64,000 nucleotides of DNA. Origin: an uncultured Acidobacteriota bacterium (GTDB lineage: Bacteria > Acidobacteriota > Vicinamibacteria > Vicinamibacterales > 2-12-FULL-66-21). Shown here piece after piece: positions 8,625-17,577 of the stretch. A program made the translations under genes and the position numbers. Below the pieces are notes generated by a model. That model had not been told where the DNA came from. It was given only the letters and a program-made list of their open reading frames with translations, and did not search any database. The DNA lies in assembly GCA_963804795.1 (NCBI GenBank), contig CAWDRS010000011.1:281228-345227 (forward strand), written 5' to 3'. Position 1 is the stretch's first letter. Every line of letters begins with the position of its first letter.

Positions 8625-11219
8625 ATGGCGAAACGCGTTCAACCGTACCTCGTCTTCGTCCTGCTGCTGTCGCTCGCCATCTTGGTCAAGGCACAGCGGC
8701 CCGGGGAAGACATCCGGCCGGTCCCGGCTCTGGCGGGCTCCGCCACCAAGGCCTCGACGAGCCCGGCGCCATCCCTTGCCCTCACGAGACCGTCCGAGCC
8801 GGGCTTCGAGACGATCGTCAGGCCATTCCTCTCCGAGAACTGCTTTCGCTGTCACGGCAACAAGAAGCACGAAAAAGATCTGAACTTTCAGGCCTTCACG
8901 TCCGCAGGCTCCCTCATCGAACACCGCGAGCGGTGGGAGGAGGTCGTGCGGAAGCTGAAGGGCTCCGAGATGCCGCCGCTCGAGGAGGACCAGCCGGACG
9001 AAGACCAGCGGCAGGCAGTCGCCACGTGGGTCGAGCGTGAGCTGGATCGGATCGATCGAGAGACGCCTCCCGATCCCGGACGCGTCACCGCCCGGCGGCT
9101 GAACCGCACCGAGTACAACAACACCGTCAGGGACCTGCTCGGCGTCGATCCCCGCCCAGCCGACGAGTTCCCGCAAGACGATGCGGGGTACGGCTTCGAC
9201 AACATCGCGGACGTGCTGTCGCTGTCCCCGGTGCTGATGGAGAAGTACGTCACCGCGGCGGATCGCGTCGCGAGGCTGGCGCTCTTCGGCCCGCCGCATC
9301 TCGAGCCGACGCTGACCAAGCTCCGCTCCGAAGGCCGGCGTGCGGGCGACGCCCGCACGTTCCCCGAGACCTACGATCTGACCGGACTGAGCCTGCCGAA
9401 CGCGTTCCACGCGGTCTACCGCGTACCGGTTGACGGCGAGTACGCCGTGCGGGTCACGCTGGGCGGCACGCGGCCGGCAGGATCCGCTCCTGTGACGGTT
9501 GCGCTGTGGATCGATGATCAGCAGATTCAGTCCAGAGTGTTCGACCTCGAAGGATCGGCCAGGTTCGACCTCGATCGACAGGATTTCGGCGGCCAGGCGC
9601 TCGAGTTCCGGCTGAAGCTCTCCGCAGGCGACAGACACATTGCGTTGGCGATTCCCCGCATCTTCGAGGGCCTGCCGGCGAGCTATCGCGGACCGAACCC
9701 ATCGCTCAAGCCCGAACCGGTTCGCGCCTTCTCGCCGCCGCCCAATACGCCGCCGGAGCGGCTGGCACAGCTCAAACAACGGTTCGAAGCGGCAGAGAAA
9801 GAGCTGCAGAAGATCCCGCTCAACGGCGTGCGTGTCGGCTCGGTCGACGTCGGCGGCCCTTACACACAGGTGACCGGTCCGAGCCGGGCCAGCCTCGCGA
9901 AGGTGTACACCTGCGGGCACCTCCACGGCGGCCACCAGCCAATCTGCGCGAGACGAATCATGACGGACCTGGCGCGGCGCGCCTTCCGCCGGCCCGTCGC
10001 CGCGACTGAGCTCCAGAAGTACATCGACCTCGTTCAGCTGGCGCAGAAGCAGGAAGGTTCGTTCGAAGAGGGGCTCGCGGTCGGGATTCAGGCGCTCCTC
10101 GTTTCGCCCGATTTCCTGTTCCGAATCGAACGGGATCGCGCGGTCAAAGGGACGTCGCTCGTCCAACCGATCAATCAGCACGAGCTGGCCACAAGACTGT
10201 CGTACTTCCTCTGGGCCAGCATGCCGGACGCCGAACTGCGCCGTGCGGCGGATGCCGGCACGCTGCGCAACCCGCGAGTGCTCGAGCTCCAGGTCCGACG
10301 CATGCTGCGCGACCCGAAAGCGCATGCGCTCTCCGAGCACTTCGGCGGCCAGTGGCTCCAGTTCCGCGCGCTCGAGTCGGTCACGCGCGACAGGGATCGC
10401 TTCCCGGACTTCGAGGACTACCTTCGGTACTCGATGCGGCGCGAGACGGAGCTCTTCGTCGAGAACGTCATCCGCGAGGACCGCAGCATCCTCGACTTCC
10501 TCGACGGCCAGTACTCGTTCCTGAACGAGCGGCTGGCCCGCCACTACGGGATTCCCAATGTCACCGGGCCAGAGTTCCGGCGCGTCGATCTCGCCGGCAC
10601 CCCGCGTGGCGGCGTGTTGACCCAGGCGAGCGTGCTGACGGTTTCTTCCTACGCCACACGCACGTCGCCGGTCCTGCGCGGCAAGTGGATCCTCGAGAAC
10701 CTGCTCGATTCACCGCCGCCACCGCCTCCGCCCGACGTACCGAATCTCGACGAAGCGTCGATCGGCACGGCGGCATCGATGCGCGAGCAGCTCGAGTCCC
10801 ATCGTAAGGACCCGATTTGTGCCTCCTGCCACCGCAGGATGGATCCCCTTGGCTTCGGACTGGAGAACTTCGATGCGGTGGGCCAGTGGCGCACCGTCGA
10901 CGGGAAGTTCCCCATCGACGCGTCGGGCGCGCTACCGGACGGCCGAAAGTTCGAAGGCCCCGTGGAGCTCCGGACCATCCTCGAGGGCAACCGCGACGCC
11001 TTCGCCAAGTGCCTGGCGACCAAGCTCCTGACCTATGCGCTCGGACGCGGCCTCGAGCGGTACGATACGAAGACCGTGAAGCTCATATCGAGCCGGCTGC
11101 CGGCGAAGGGCTATCGCTTCTCGGCGCTCGTGCTCGAGATCGCCAAGAGCCTGCCCTTCCAGTCGCGACGCCCGGTGGCCATGGATCCCACGACACGGAA
11201 AGGAACGCCAGCGCCATGA
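8625..11219 (+). CDS. DUF1592/DUF1588/DUF1585-type multidomain protein with an N-terminal c-type haem site
   Basis: 864-aa ORF with a signal peptide and CFRCHG (CxxCH) at ..ENCFRCHGNKKHEK... Length and motif order match the planctomycete/acidobacterial family. Confidence 0.8.
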   Translation: MAKRVQPYLVFVLLLSLAILVKAQRPGEDIRPVPALAGSATKASTSPAPSLALTRPSEPGFETIVRPFLSENCFRCHGNKKHEKDLNFQAFTSAGSLIEHRERWEEVVRKLKGSEMPPLEEDQPDEDQRQAVATWVERELDRIDRETPPDPGRVTARRLNRTEYNNTVRDLLGVDPRPADEFPQDDAGYGFDNIADVLSLSPVLMEKYVTAADRVARLALFGPPHLEPTLTKLRSEGRRAGDARTFPETYDLTGLSLPNAFHAVYRVPVDGEYAVRVTLGGTRPAGSAPVTVALWIDDQQIQSRVFDLEGSARFDLDRQDFGGQALEFRLKLSAGDRHIALAIPRIFEGLPASYRGPNPSLKPEPVRAFSPPPNTPPERLAQLKQRFEAAEKELQKIPLNGVRVGSVDVGGPYTQVTGPSRASLAKVYTCGHLHGGHQPICARRIMTDLARRAFRRPVAATELQKYIDLVQLAQKQEGSFEEGLAVGIQALLVSPDFLFRIERDRAVKGTSLVQPINQHELATRLSYFLWASMPDAELRRAADAGTLRNPRVLELQVRRMLRDPKAHALSEHFGGQWLQFRALESVTRDRDRFPDFEDYLRYSMRRETELFVENVIREDRSILDFLDGQYSFLNERLARHYGIPNVTGPEFRRVDLAGTPRGGVLTQASVLTVSSYATRTSPVLRGKWILENLLDSPPPPPPPDVPNLDEASIGTAASMREQLESHRKDPICASCHRRMDPLGFGLENFDAVGQWRTVDGKFPIDASGALPDGRKFEGPVELRTILEGNRDAFAKCLATKLLTYALGRGLERYDTKTVKLISSRLPAKGYRFSALVLEIAKSLPFQSRRPVAMDPTTRKGTPAP

Positions 11220-12565
11220 TCGTCACGCGCAAACACCTCCCCCGCCGCTCCTTCCTCAAAGGGATGGGCGCCGTCGTCGCGCTTCCGGTGCTCGACGCGA
11301 TGACGCCCGCGCTGGCTGGCGCGGCGCAGATCGAGAAGGCGCCGGTCCGGCTCGCCTTCACGTACGTGCCCAATGGCATCGTGATGGCCGATTGGACGCC
11401 AGCGGCGGAAGGTGCCGCGTTCGAGTTCACGCGCATCATGAAGCCGCTCGAGCCCTTCCGGAAGGACATGCTGGTCCTGTCCGGCCTCGCCCATCGCAAC
11501 GGCGCCGCATTGGGCGACGGCCCTGGCGACCACGCGCGCGCCGGCGCGTCGTACCTCACCGGCGTCCATCCACGCAAGACTGCCGGCGCGGACATCCAGA
11601 ACGGCATCTCGGTCGACCAGGTGGCCGCGCAGCACATTGGAGAACGGACGCGGTTCGCGTCGCTCGAGCTCGGCTGCGACGACTCCCGCACGATCGGCAA
11701 CTGCGACTCCGGCTATTCCTGCGCCTACACGAACAGCCTGGCCTGGCGGGGCCCGGCCACGCCGATGCCGCCGGAGACGAACCCGCGGCTCGTGTTCGAG
11801 CGCCTCTTCGGCGACATCGATACGAGCCTGGCGCCGGAGGTCAGGGCACGACGCCTGCAGTACCGCCGCAGCATCCTCGATCTCGTGTCGGAACGGACCA
11901 CGAGCCTCTCGTCCGGCCTGGGCCCATCCGACAAGCGGAAGCTCGACGAATACCTGACGTCGATCCGCGAAATCGAGCGTCGCATCGAGCGCGCCGAGCA
12001 GGACATGACCGGTCTCACGCCCGCCATCGACAAGCCGAGCGGCATCCCGGTCGATTACCCGGACTACATCAACCTGATGTTCGATCTCCAGTTGGTCGCC
12101 TTCCAGACCGATCAGACCCGGATCGTCACGATGATGATGGGCCGCGAGGGCAGCATGCGGACGTATCCGGAGATCGGCGTGCCGGACCCGCATCACCCGC
12201 TCACCCACCACCGGGGCAATACGGACTGGATCGAGAAGGTGACGCAGGTGAACTCGCTGCACGTGAAGCTGTTCGCCGGCTTCGTCGAGAAGCTGAGAGC
12301 CACGCCGGACGGCGACGGCACCCTGCTGGATCACTCGATGATCGTCTACGGCAGCGGTCTGAGCGACGGCAACCGGCACGCGCACGACGACCTGCCGGTC
12401 GTTCTGATCGGGCGGGGCGGCGGCTTCCGCATGGGCAGCCATATGGTGTACCCGAAAGAAACGCCGATGACGAATCTGTTCCTCACCCTGCTCGATCGCA
12501 TGGGCGTGCCGTCGGAGAAGATTGGCGACAGCACCGGTCAAATCGAGCACCTCGGAAACGTGTAA
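11216..12565 (+). CDS. DUF1552 family protein with Tat signal
   Basis: ATG at 11216 overlaps the upstream stop (ATGA). MIVTRKHLPRRSFLKGMGAVVALPVLDAM carries a twin-arginine signal. This is the canonical partner of DUF1592 genes. Confidence 0.8.
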   Translation: MIVTRKHLPRRSFLKGMGAVVALPVLDAMTPALAGAAQIEKAPVRLAFTYVPNGIVMADWTPAAEGAAFEFTRIMKPLEPFRKDMLVLSGLAHRNGAALGDGPGDHARAGASYLTGVHPRKTAGADIQNGISVDQVAAQHIGERTRFASLELGCDDSRTIGNCDSGYSCAYTNSLAWRGPATPMPPETNPRLVFERLFGDIDTSLAPEVRARRLQYRRSILDLVSERTTSLSSGLGPSDKRKLDEYLTSIREIERRIERAEQDMTGLTPAIDKPSGIPVDYPDYINLMFDLQLVAFQTDQTRIVTMMMGREGSMRTYPEIGVPDPHHPLTHHRGNTDWIEKVTQVNSLHVKLFAGFVEKLRATPDGDGTLLDHSMIVYGSGLSDGNRHAHDDLPVVLIGRGGGFRMGSHMVYPKETPMTNLFLTLLDRMGVPSEKIGDSTGQIEHLGNV

Positions 12566-12587
12566 ACAGGGCAGCGTTGATAGATGG

Positions 12588-12677
12588 TTGTGGCTTCCAC
12601 CTTCAGGTGGAAGCCCAACGCTCGAGCCATCTTCCGCCTCTAAGGGCGGAAGCTACACGACGGAAGCCACACGAATC
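12588..12677 (+). repeat. Repeat family B, copy B1 (double hairpin)
   Basis: GTGGCTTCCACCTTCAGGTGGAAGCC.. CTTCCGCCTCTAAGGGCGGAAG ..CCACACGAATC. The first hairpin has an 11-bp perfect stem. Confidence 0.9.
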
Positions 12678-12689
12678 AGGAAACTTCCC

Positions 12690-13382
12690 CTGCTCCTCGA
12701 AGTCATCGTTCAAACGGTGGATGACGCCCGCGCCGCCACTGACGGCGGCGCCGACCGCCTCGAAGTCATTCGCGACATCGACGCCGGCGGCCTGACGCCG
12801 TCGTTGTCGCTCGTCCGCGCCATCCGGAGCGTGACGTCGCTGCCGCTTCGCGTGATGGCACGCGAGAACGCCGGATTCTCGACAACCCCCGGCGAGCTGG
12901 ACGTGCTGCGGCAGTCGGCGTCCGAGCTCGCAGCAATTGGGATCGACGGCCTCGTGATCGGATTCGAGCGCGACGGAGAGCCGGCCCTGGAGGATGTGGC
13001 TCGGGTGCTGGAGGCGGCGCCGGGTGTGCGAGCGACGTTCCATCGTGCATTCGAGCGGCTGCGTGAGCCAGAGAGAAGTCTCGACGCCATCGGCCGACTC
13101 GCGCAGGTCGATCGCATCCTGACCAGCGGCGGAGACGGCACGGCACTGGAACGAAGCGCGCGCCTTGCCGCGTTGACCGCGCACGCCGGCGGGCGCCTCC
13201 GCATCATCGCTGGAGGCGGCGTGGACGAAGAGTCACTGTCGACGTTCGCAGCGACCGCATGCGTCGGCGAAGCCCACGTCGGTCGCGCCGCGCGCGAAGG
13301 AGGCGATCCGCACGGGGCCGTGAGCGCGAGTCTGGTGCGGAGACTGCGAAAGATTGCCGATCAGCGGGGACTCTATCTCTGA
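12690..13382 (+). CDS. cutC: CutC-family copper-homeostasis protein (start uncertain)
   Basis: ORF 12522..13382(+). The CutC-like part begins LLLEVIVQTVDDARAATDGGADRLEV..GIDGLVIGF..TFHRAFE..ILTSGG. Upstream codons read through repeat B1. There is no ATG or GTG near the expected start, only CTG at 12690. Confidence 0.7.
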   Translation: MLLEVIVQTVDDARAATDGGADRLEVIRDIDAGGLTPSLSLVRAIRSVTSLPLRVMARENAGFSTTPGELDVLRQSASELAAIGIDGLVIGFERDGEPALEDVARVLEAAPGVRATFHRAFERLREPERSLDAIGRLAQVDRILTSGGDGTALERSARLAALTAHAGGRLRIIAGGGVDEESLSTFAATACVGEAHVGRAAREGGDPHGAVSASLVRRLRKIADQRGLYL

Positions 13383-13438
13383 AACACAAGACGCCGAGCT
13401 GGCGTAAAGCTTCTGAACTTTGGGGAGGAGCGCCTGAG

Positions 13439-14098
13439 ATGTCCCAGTACAACCAGCGGTCGGCCACCGGCTTCATTGTGGGCACCGCCGTGATCTTTGC
13501 CCTGGCGACAGTCGGGGTGACCGGGCAGAAACTGAATCCCGCGGATGTTGCGTCGAAGCTGTCGGGCACGTGGAAACTGAATCGGGCGCTGAGCCCGTCG
13601 GTTGGAGCGCCAGGCCGGGGCGGAGCAGGCGGTCCGGGCCAGGGCGGAGCGGCACGGATGGTCGCTGCCGCTGATGTGCCGTTTGCCGGCCAGCGTGGGG
13701 GCGGGGGCGGACGTGGGGGCGGGGGCGGCGCGCCAGCGGGTCCCGGCGAGCTGCCTCCTGACGTCCTCGCGGCCCAGTCAGCGATGCGAGACCTGCAGCA
13801 GATTGCGGAGACCATCACCGTCAAGGCGGCCCCGGACTCGATCACGTTCCTCGATCCCCGCGGCGAATGGACGTTCGCGATCGACAACAAGACCGCGAAA
13901 ATCGACATCAACGGCGCGAAGGTCGAGGTCAAGAGCAAGTGGGACAAGCTGGCCGTCAAGCAGGAGTTCTCGACCGTGCAGACGCGACTGGTCCGCACCT
14001 GGGAGGCTGACGATGAAGGTCACCTCGTGCTCAAGGTGCGTGTCGAGAGCATGACCATGAGCTCGAAGGAAGCGAAGGCGGTCTACGACAGACAGTAA
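13439..14098 (+). CDS. Hypothetical secreted or membrane-anchored protein with Gly/Arg-rich tracts
   Basis: ATG at 13439 preceded by GGGGAGGAG. It has an N-terminal hydrophobic segment, then GAPGRGGAGGPGQGG and QRGGGGGRGGGGGAPAGPG, then a beta-rich C-terminal domain. Confidence 0.65.
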   Translation: MSQYNQRSATGFIVGTAVIFALATVGVTGQKLNPADVASKLSGTWKLNRALSPSVGAPGRGGAGGPGQGGAARMVAAADVPFAGQRGGGGGRGGGGGAPAGPGELPPDVLAAQSAMRDLQQIAETITVKAAPDSITFLDPRGEWTFAIDNKTAKIDINGAKVEVKSKWDKLAVKQEFSTVQTRLVRTWEADDEGHLVLKVRVESMTMSSKEAKAVYDRQ

Positions 14099-14205
14099 GA
14101 CACTGGCATTCTCACTGCCGCAGGGCCCCACCCCCGCGGCTTATCCGCTGCTCGCGCGCTCGCAGGCGCTAGCGACGACAGCCCGCTTCAGCACGGTTCT
14201 GTCTT

Positions 14206-14241
14206 CTAACTCCTAGCTCCTAGCTCCTAACTCCTAGCTCC
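14206..14241. repeat. Simple tandem octamer repeat (CTCCTARC)n
   Basis: CTAACTCCTAGCTCCTAGCTCCTAACTCCTAGCTCC, read directly. It lies just downstream of the permease gene. Confidence 0.85.
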
Positions 14242-14247
14242 TTCTTC

Positions 14248-16992
14248 TCAGTCCGCCCGAAGGGTCGACAACGGATCGACCCGGGTCGCGCGACGGGCGG
14301 GCATGTAGCCTGCGAAGACGGCGACTGCGAGCAGCAACGAGGCGAGCACGACGAGCACTGCAGGGTCTCCAGGGCTCACTTGGTACAAGAGAGCCGTCAG
14401 CCCGCGCATCGATGGGATCGCGAGCGCGACGCCCAGTATCACTCCGGTGACGGCAATCGCCACCGTGCGACCCACGATCAATCGCAGGATGTGCTCGCGA
14501 CTGGCGCCGAGCGCCATCCTGACACCGATCTCGCGGGTGCGCTGTTCGACACTCTGCGACATCACGCCATAGATGCCAACGGCGGCGAGAACGAGGGCGA
14601 GCGCAGAGAAGGCGCCAAGCAGCCAGGCACTCACCCGCGTGCGCCAGATCGCATCGCCAAACCGATCGTCCATCGTCTTGACGTCGACGAGGGGCAGATC
14701 GGGATCCATCGCCCGAATCTCCTGCCGGATGGAGGGCACGAGCGAGTCGAGCGCAGTGCGGCTCTTGACGAAAATGACGCCCATCGTCCGCGTCGACTGC
14801 AGAAGCGGCAGATAGACATCCGGCGGGACCGATCTCTCGACGGCGCCGTACCGCACGTCGGCGACGACGCCGACGACCTCGGCTCCGTCGCCGAACCCTC
14901 CTTGTCCGACCGCGATGCGCTTACCCAATGGATCCTCTGGGCCCCAGAATGTGCGTGCGGCAGCCTCGTTGATCACGACGACTTTCGGCTGACCGGCGCG
15001 ATCGTGCTCGGTGAAGGCCCGGCCCCGCACCACGCGGATGCCGAGGGTCTGGAAGTAGCCCGGCGAAGCCCAGAAAACACCGACCGCGGGAGACCGGCCT
15101 GGCGGCGCAGGTGGCCGGCCCGGGAAGCTCGCCGTAGTCCCGTTGCAGGGACCCGCCAGCGGCGCGCAGCTGGCATACGCGACGGACTGGATGTCCGCAC
15201 GGCGGCTCAGGCGATCGACCGCCTCAGCAAGGAACGCAGTCGCCCGCGCCGCATCGTACTGCGGCCGTGGTAGCGCGAGCCGGAGCGTGAGGACTTTCTC
15301 GGCGTTGAAGCCCAGCTCAGTCGACTGAAGGCGAAGGACGCTCTTGATCATCAGCCCACCGGCCGTGAGCAGCACGAGCGCAAGAGCCATCTCGCCGACC
15401 ATGAGGAAATTGCGCAGGCCAAACGTACCGTGTCCGTGCACGGTTGCACCCGAGGCACCAGCCTTCATGGCCTCTGTGAGCTCGCGGCGAGACGATCGCC
15501 ACGCGGGGCCAAGACCGAAGAGCACGGCGGTCGCCATGGCAGCGAACACCGTGAAGGCCAGCGTTCGACCGTCCAGCCCGAGCATCCCAAGACCGACCCG
15601 CGTGAGGTTTCCGGACACCGAATCAGGCGGCAACACCATCCGCAGATCCGGCATCAGCGCCGCTGCACCCGAGACCACGCCGTATGCGACGGCGAGGCCG
15701 CCAATCGCGCCGACGGATGCGAGGAGCAGACTCTCCGTCATCAGCTGACGGACGATCCGAAGGCGATTCGCGCCGAGCGCAAGACGAATCGCCAGTTCGC
15801 GCTCACGCGCGATGCCCCGGACGAGCATCAGGTTGGCCAGGTTGACACACACGATCAGCAGCAAGCAGGCAACGGCCGCGAGCATCAGGAGGACGGAACG
15901 GCGAATCAGCGGATCGACTCGCTCGTCGTTCAGGTCGACCGCGGTTGCCGACCAGATGTTTTTCCCGGTGTCGACGTGTCCGGCGCGAGAGCGGTATCGC
16001 TCGTCGACCTGACTGCCCAGGACCTGAACGGCGGCTCGTGCCTGATCGACGGACACGTCCGCCTTTCGGCGCGCCACCAGCCGGTAGGTGTGATTCCAGG
16101 CTTCACCGAGGTCCGCGGCGGACTGTGTGGTCACGGGCACGAACACATCCGCCTGGCCCGTCACGCCTCGAAATCCGGAAGGCAACACTCCGAGAATGGT
16201 GTGCGGGGTGCCATTGAGGCCGAGTGTCTTTCCGGTGATCGCCAGATCGCCACCGTAGCGTCGCATCCAGAATCCGTGACTCAACACGACGAGAGGAGGA
16301 GAGTTCGGCGCCCCAGCCTCATCGGGTGAGAACGTGCGTCCCAGAACGGGCACAACTCCGAGCGTCTGGAAGTACGTGTGCTCGACTATCTCACCGGTGG
16401 TGCGCTCCGGCGATCCCGAGCCGGTCAGGTTCCAGAACCATCCGGAGAAGATGGCCGTCGAATCGAAGACCTGCTGGTGCTCGCGAAGGACCTGATACTT
16501 CGGGTACGACCAGATGATTGTGTGGTAGGTCCCAGGCGATTCGCGATCCGGTGCGAGCAGATGCACCATCATCAGTCGATCGGGATCGGCAAACGGCAAT
16601 GGCCTGAAGACGACCGCGTTGACGAGGGAGAAGATGGCAACGTTGGCGCCGATGCCCAGTGCGAGCATCAGTAAGGCGACAGTCGTGAACGCTGGCTGCT
16701 TTCGAAGCACACGAAGCGCCTGCACGACATCCTGACGAATGGCTGCCATGACGGTCCCCCTCGCTTTTTGAGGAAACGATTCGTCCGTGGGCGCGAAGAG
16801 CCGGGCGACGACGATGCTGAGGACCTGTCGCCAGTACCAGATTTCCGTGGCCAGCCGACCCCCCTGCCGCGCCGGATCGGTCCTCACCGTCTCCTCGAGA
16901 TCGCCGCTGATGACTTCCGCGTCCTCGGAACCGACGACCCATCGGAGGAGCGCGTCCGCGAGCCGCGGCGGAATCGTCTTGTCGGCTGGCAT
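14248..16992 (-). CDS. ADOP-family duplicated FtsX/MacB-type permease
   Basis: 914-aa ORF. The N-terminus MPADKTIPPRLADALLRWVVGSEDAEVISGDLEE, two MacB-like periplasmic domains and two FtsX 4-TM modules match the acidobacterial duplicated orphan permease layout. Confidence 0.85.
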   Translation of the reverse strand: MPADKTIPPRLADALLRWVVGSEDAEVISGDLEETVRTDPARQGGRLATEIWYWRQVLSIVVARLFAPTDESFPQKARGTVMAAIRQDVVQALRVLRKQPAFTTVALLMLALGIGANVAIFSLVNAVVFRPLPFADPDRLMMVHLLAPDRESPGTYHTIIWSYPKYQVLREHQQVFDSTAIFSGWFWNLTGSGSPERTTGEIVEHTYFQTLGVVPVLGRTFSPDEAGAPNSPPLVVLSHGFWMRRYGGDLAITGKTLGLNGTPHTILGVLPSGFRGVTGQADVFVPVTTQSAADLGEAWNHTYRLVARRKADVSVDQARAAVQVLGSQVDERYRSRAGHVDTGKNIWSATAVDLNDERVDPLIRRSVLLMLAAVACLLLIVCVNLANLMLVRGIARERELAIRLALGANRLRIVRQLMTESLLLASVGAIGGLAVAYGVVSGAAALMPDLRMVLPPDSVSGNLTRVGLGMLGLDGRTLAFTVFAAMATAVLFGLGPAWRSSRRELTEAMKAGASGATVHGHGTFGLRNFLMVGEMALALVLLTAGGLMIKSVLRLQSTELGFNAEKVLTLRLALPRPQYDAARATAFLAEAVDRLSRRADIQSVAYASCAPLAGPCNGTTASFPGRPPAPPGRSPAVGVFWASPGYFQTLGIRVVRGRAFTEHDRAGQPKVVVINEAAARTFWGPEDPLGKRIAVGQGGFGDGAEVVGVVADVRYGAVERSVPPDVYLPLLQSTRTMGVIFVKSRTALDSLVPSIRQEIRAMDPDLPLVDVKTMDDRFGDAIWRTRVSAWLLGAFSALALVLAAVGIYGVMSQSVEQRTREIGVRMALGASREHILRLIVGRTVAIAVTGVILGVALAIPSMRGLTALLYQVSPGDPAVLVVLASLLLAVAVFAGYMPARRATRVDPLSTLRAD

Positions 16993-16994
16993 GG

Positions 16995-17327
16995 TTATCC
17001 CTTGGCCGTTCTCAGTCGCGTGGCGAGGCCGCTCGCCATCTGACGGACCGACTCGTAGATCCGCGCCAGGGCGCGTTCGCCCGCGGGCCGGACCGTGTAG
17101 AGCCGTTTCCGCTTGCCGCCACGCTCAGGCGTCGGATCGCCGAGCCGCGAGCTCACGAAGCCCCGCTTCTCGAGGCGGTCGAGCGCGGTGTAGAGCGCAC
17201 CCGGCGAGATGACGCGACCCGTGCGTTCCTCGATCTCGCGCCGGATCGTGACGCCGTACGCGTCGCTGCCCAGGCGGACGAGCGCCAGGAGAATCAGCTG
17301 TTCGAAATCACCGATGGTGTGTGCCAT
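16995..17327 (-). CDS. PadR-family transcriptional regulator
   Basis: MAHTIGDFEQLILLALVRLGSDAYGVTIRREIEERTGRVISPGALYTALDRLEKRGFV is a winged-helix PadR signature. Its stop lies 2 nt before the permease start. Confidence 0.9.
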   Translation of the reverse strand: MAHTIGDFEQLILLALVRLGSDAYGVTIRREIEERTGRVISPGALYTALDRLEKRGFVSSRLGDPTPERGGKRKRLYTVRPAGERALARIYESVRQMASGLATRLRTAKG

Positions 17328-17341
17328 AGATCAAAGAGTGT

Positions 17342-17417
17342 CGGGATCCGGGATCCGGGATCCGAAAGACCTTCGGCCGGGATTCCGAGGTTTCCGGATC
17401 CCGGACGGCGGATCCCG
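17342..17417. repeat. Intergenic hairpin with a stem built from GGATCCG tandem words
   Basis: The left arm CGGGATCCGGGATCCGGGATCCG pairs with the right arm CCGGATCCCGGACGGCGGATCCCG. The loop contains a second small dyad. Confidence 0.8.
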
Positions 17418-17577
17418 ATCACGCCTCAGCAACCACACTGTAGTTTTAATACGCACGACAAGTCAACGCAGTTCCAGCGTTTTCTCACAAGAGATCACGA
17501 GTTCAGGAGTCTAGACCTAATCTCCTGATCTCCTGTTGAAGATTTGCCCCGCATCAGCTCCGCCGCCCGCCGTCGAT

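Noticed and set aside
8382-10544. 720-aa ORF on the minus strand
   Set aside because: It lies entirely antisense to the well-supported DUF1592 gene. Its composition is Arg/Ala/Gly/Pro-rich with no motifs. Long antisense ORFs are expected in high-GC DNA because stop codons are rare.
11111-12550. 479-aa minus-strand ORF
   Set aside because: It is antisense to the DUF1552 gene and has the same high-GC shadow-ORF character.
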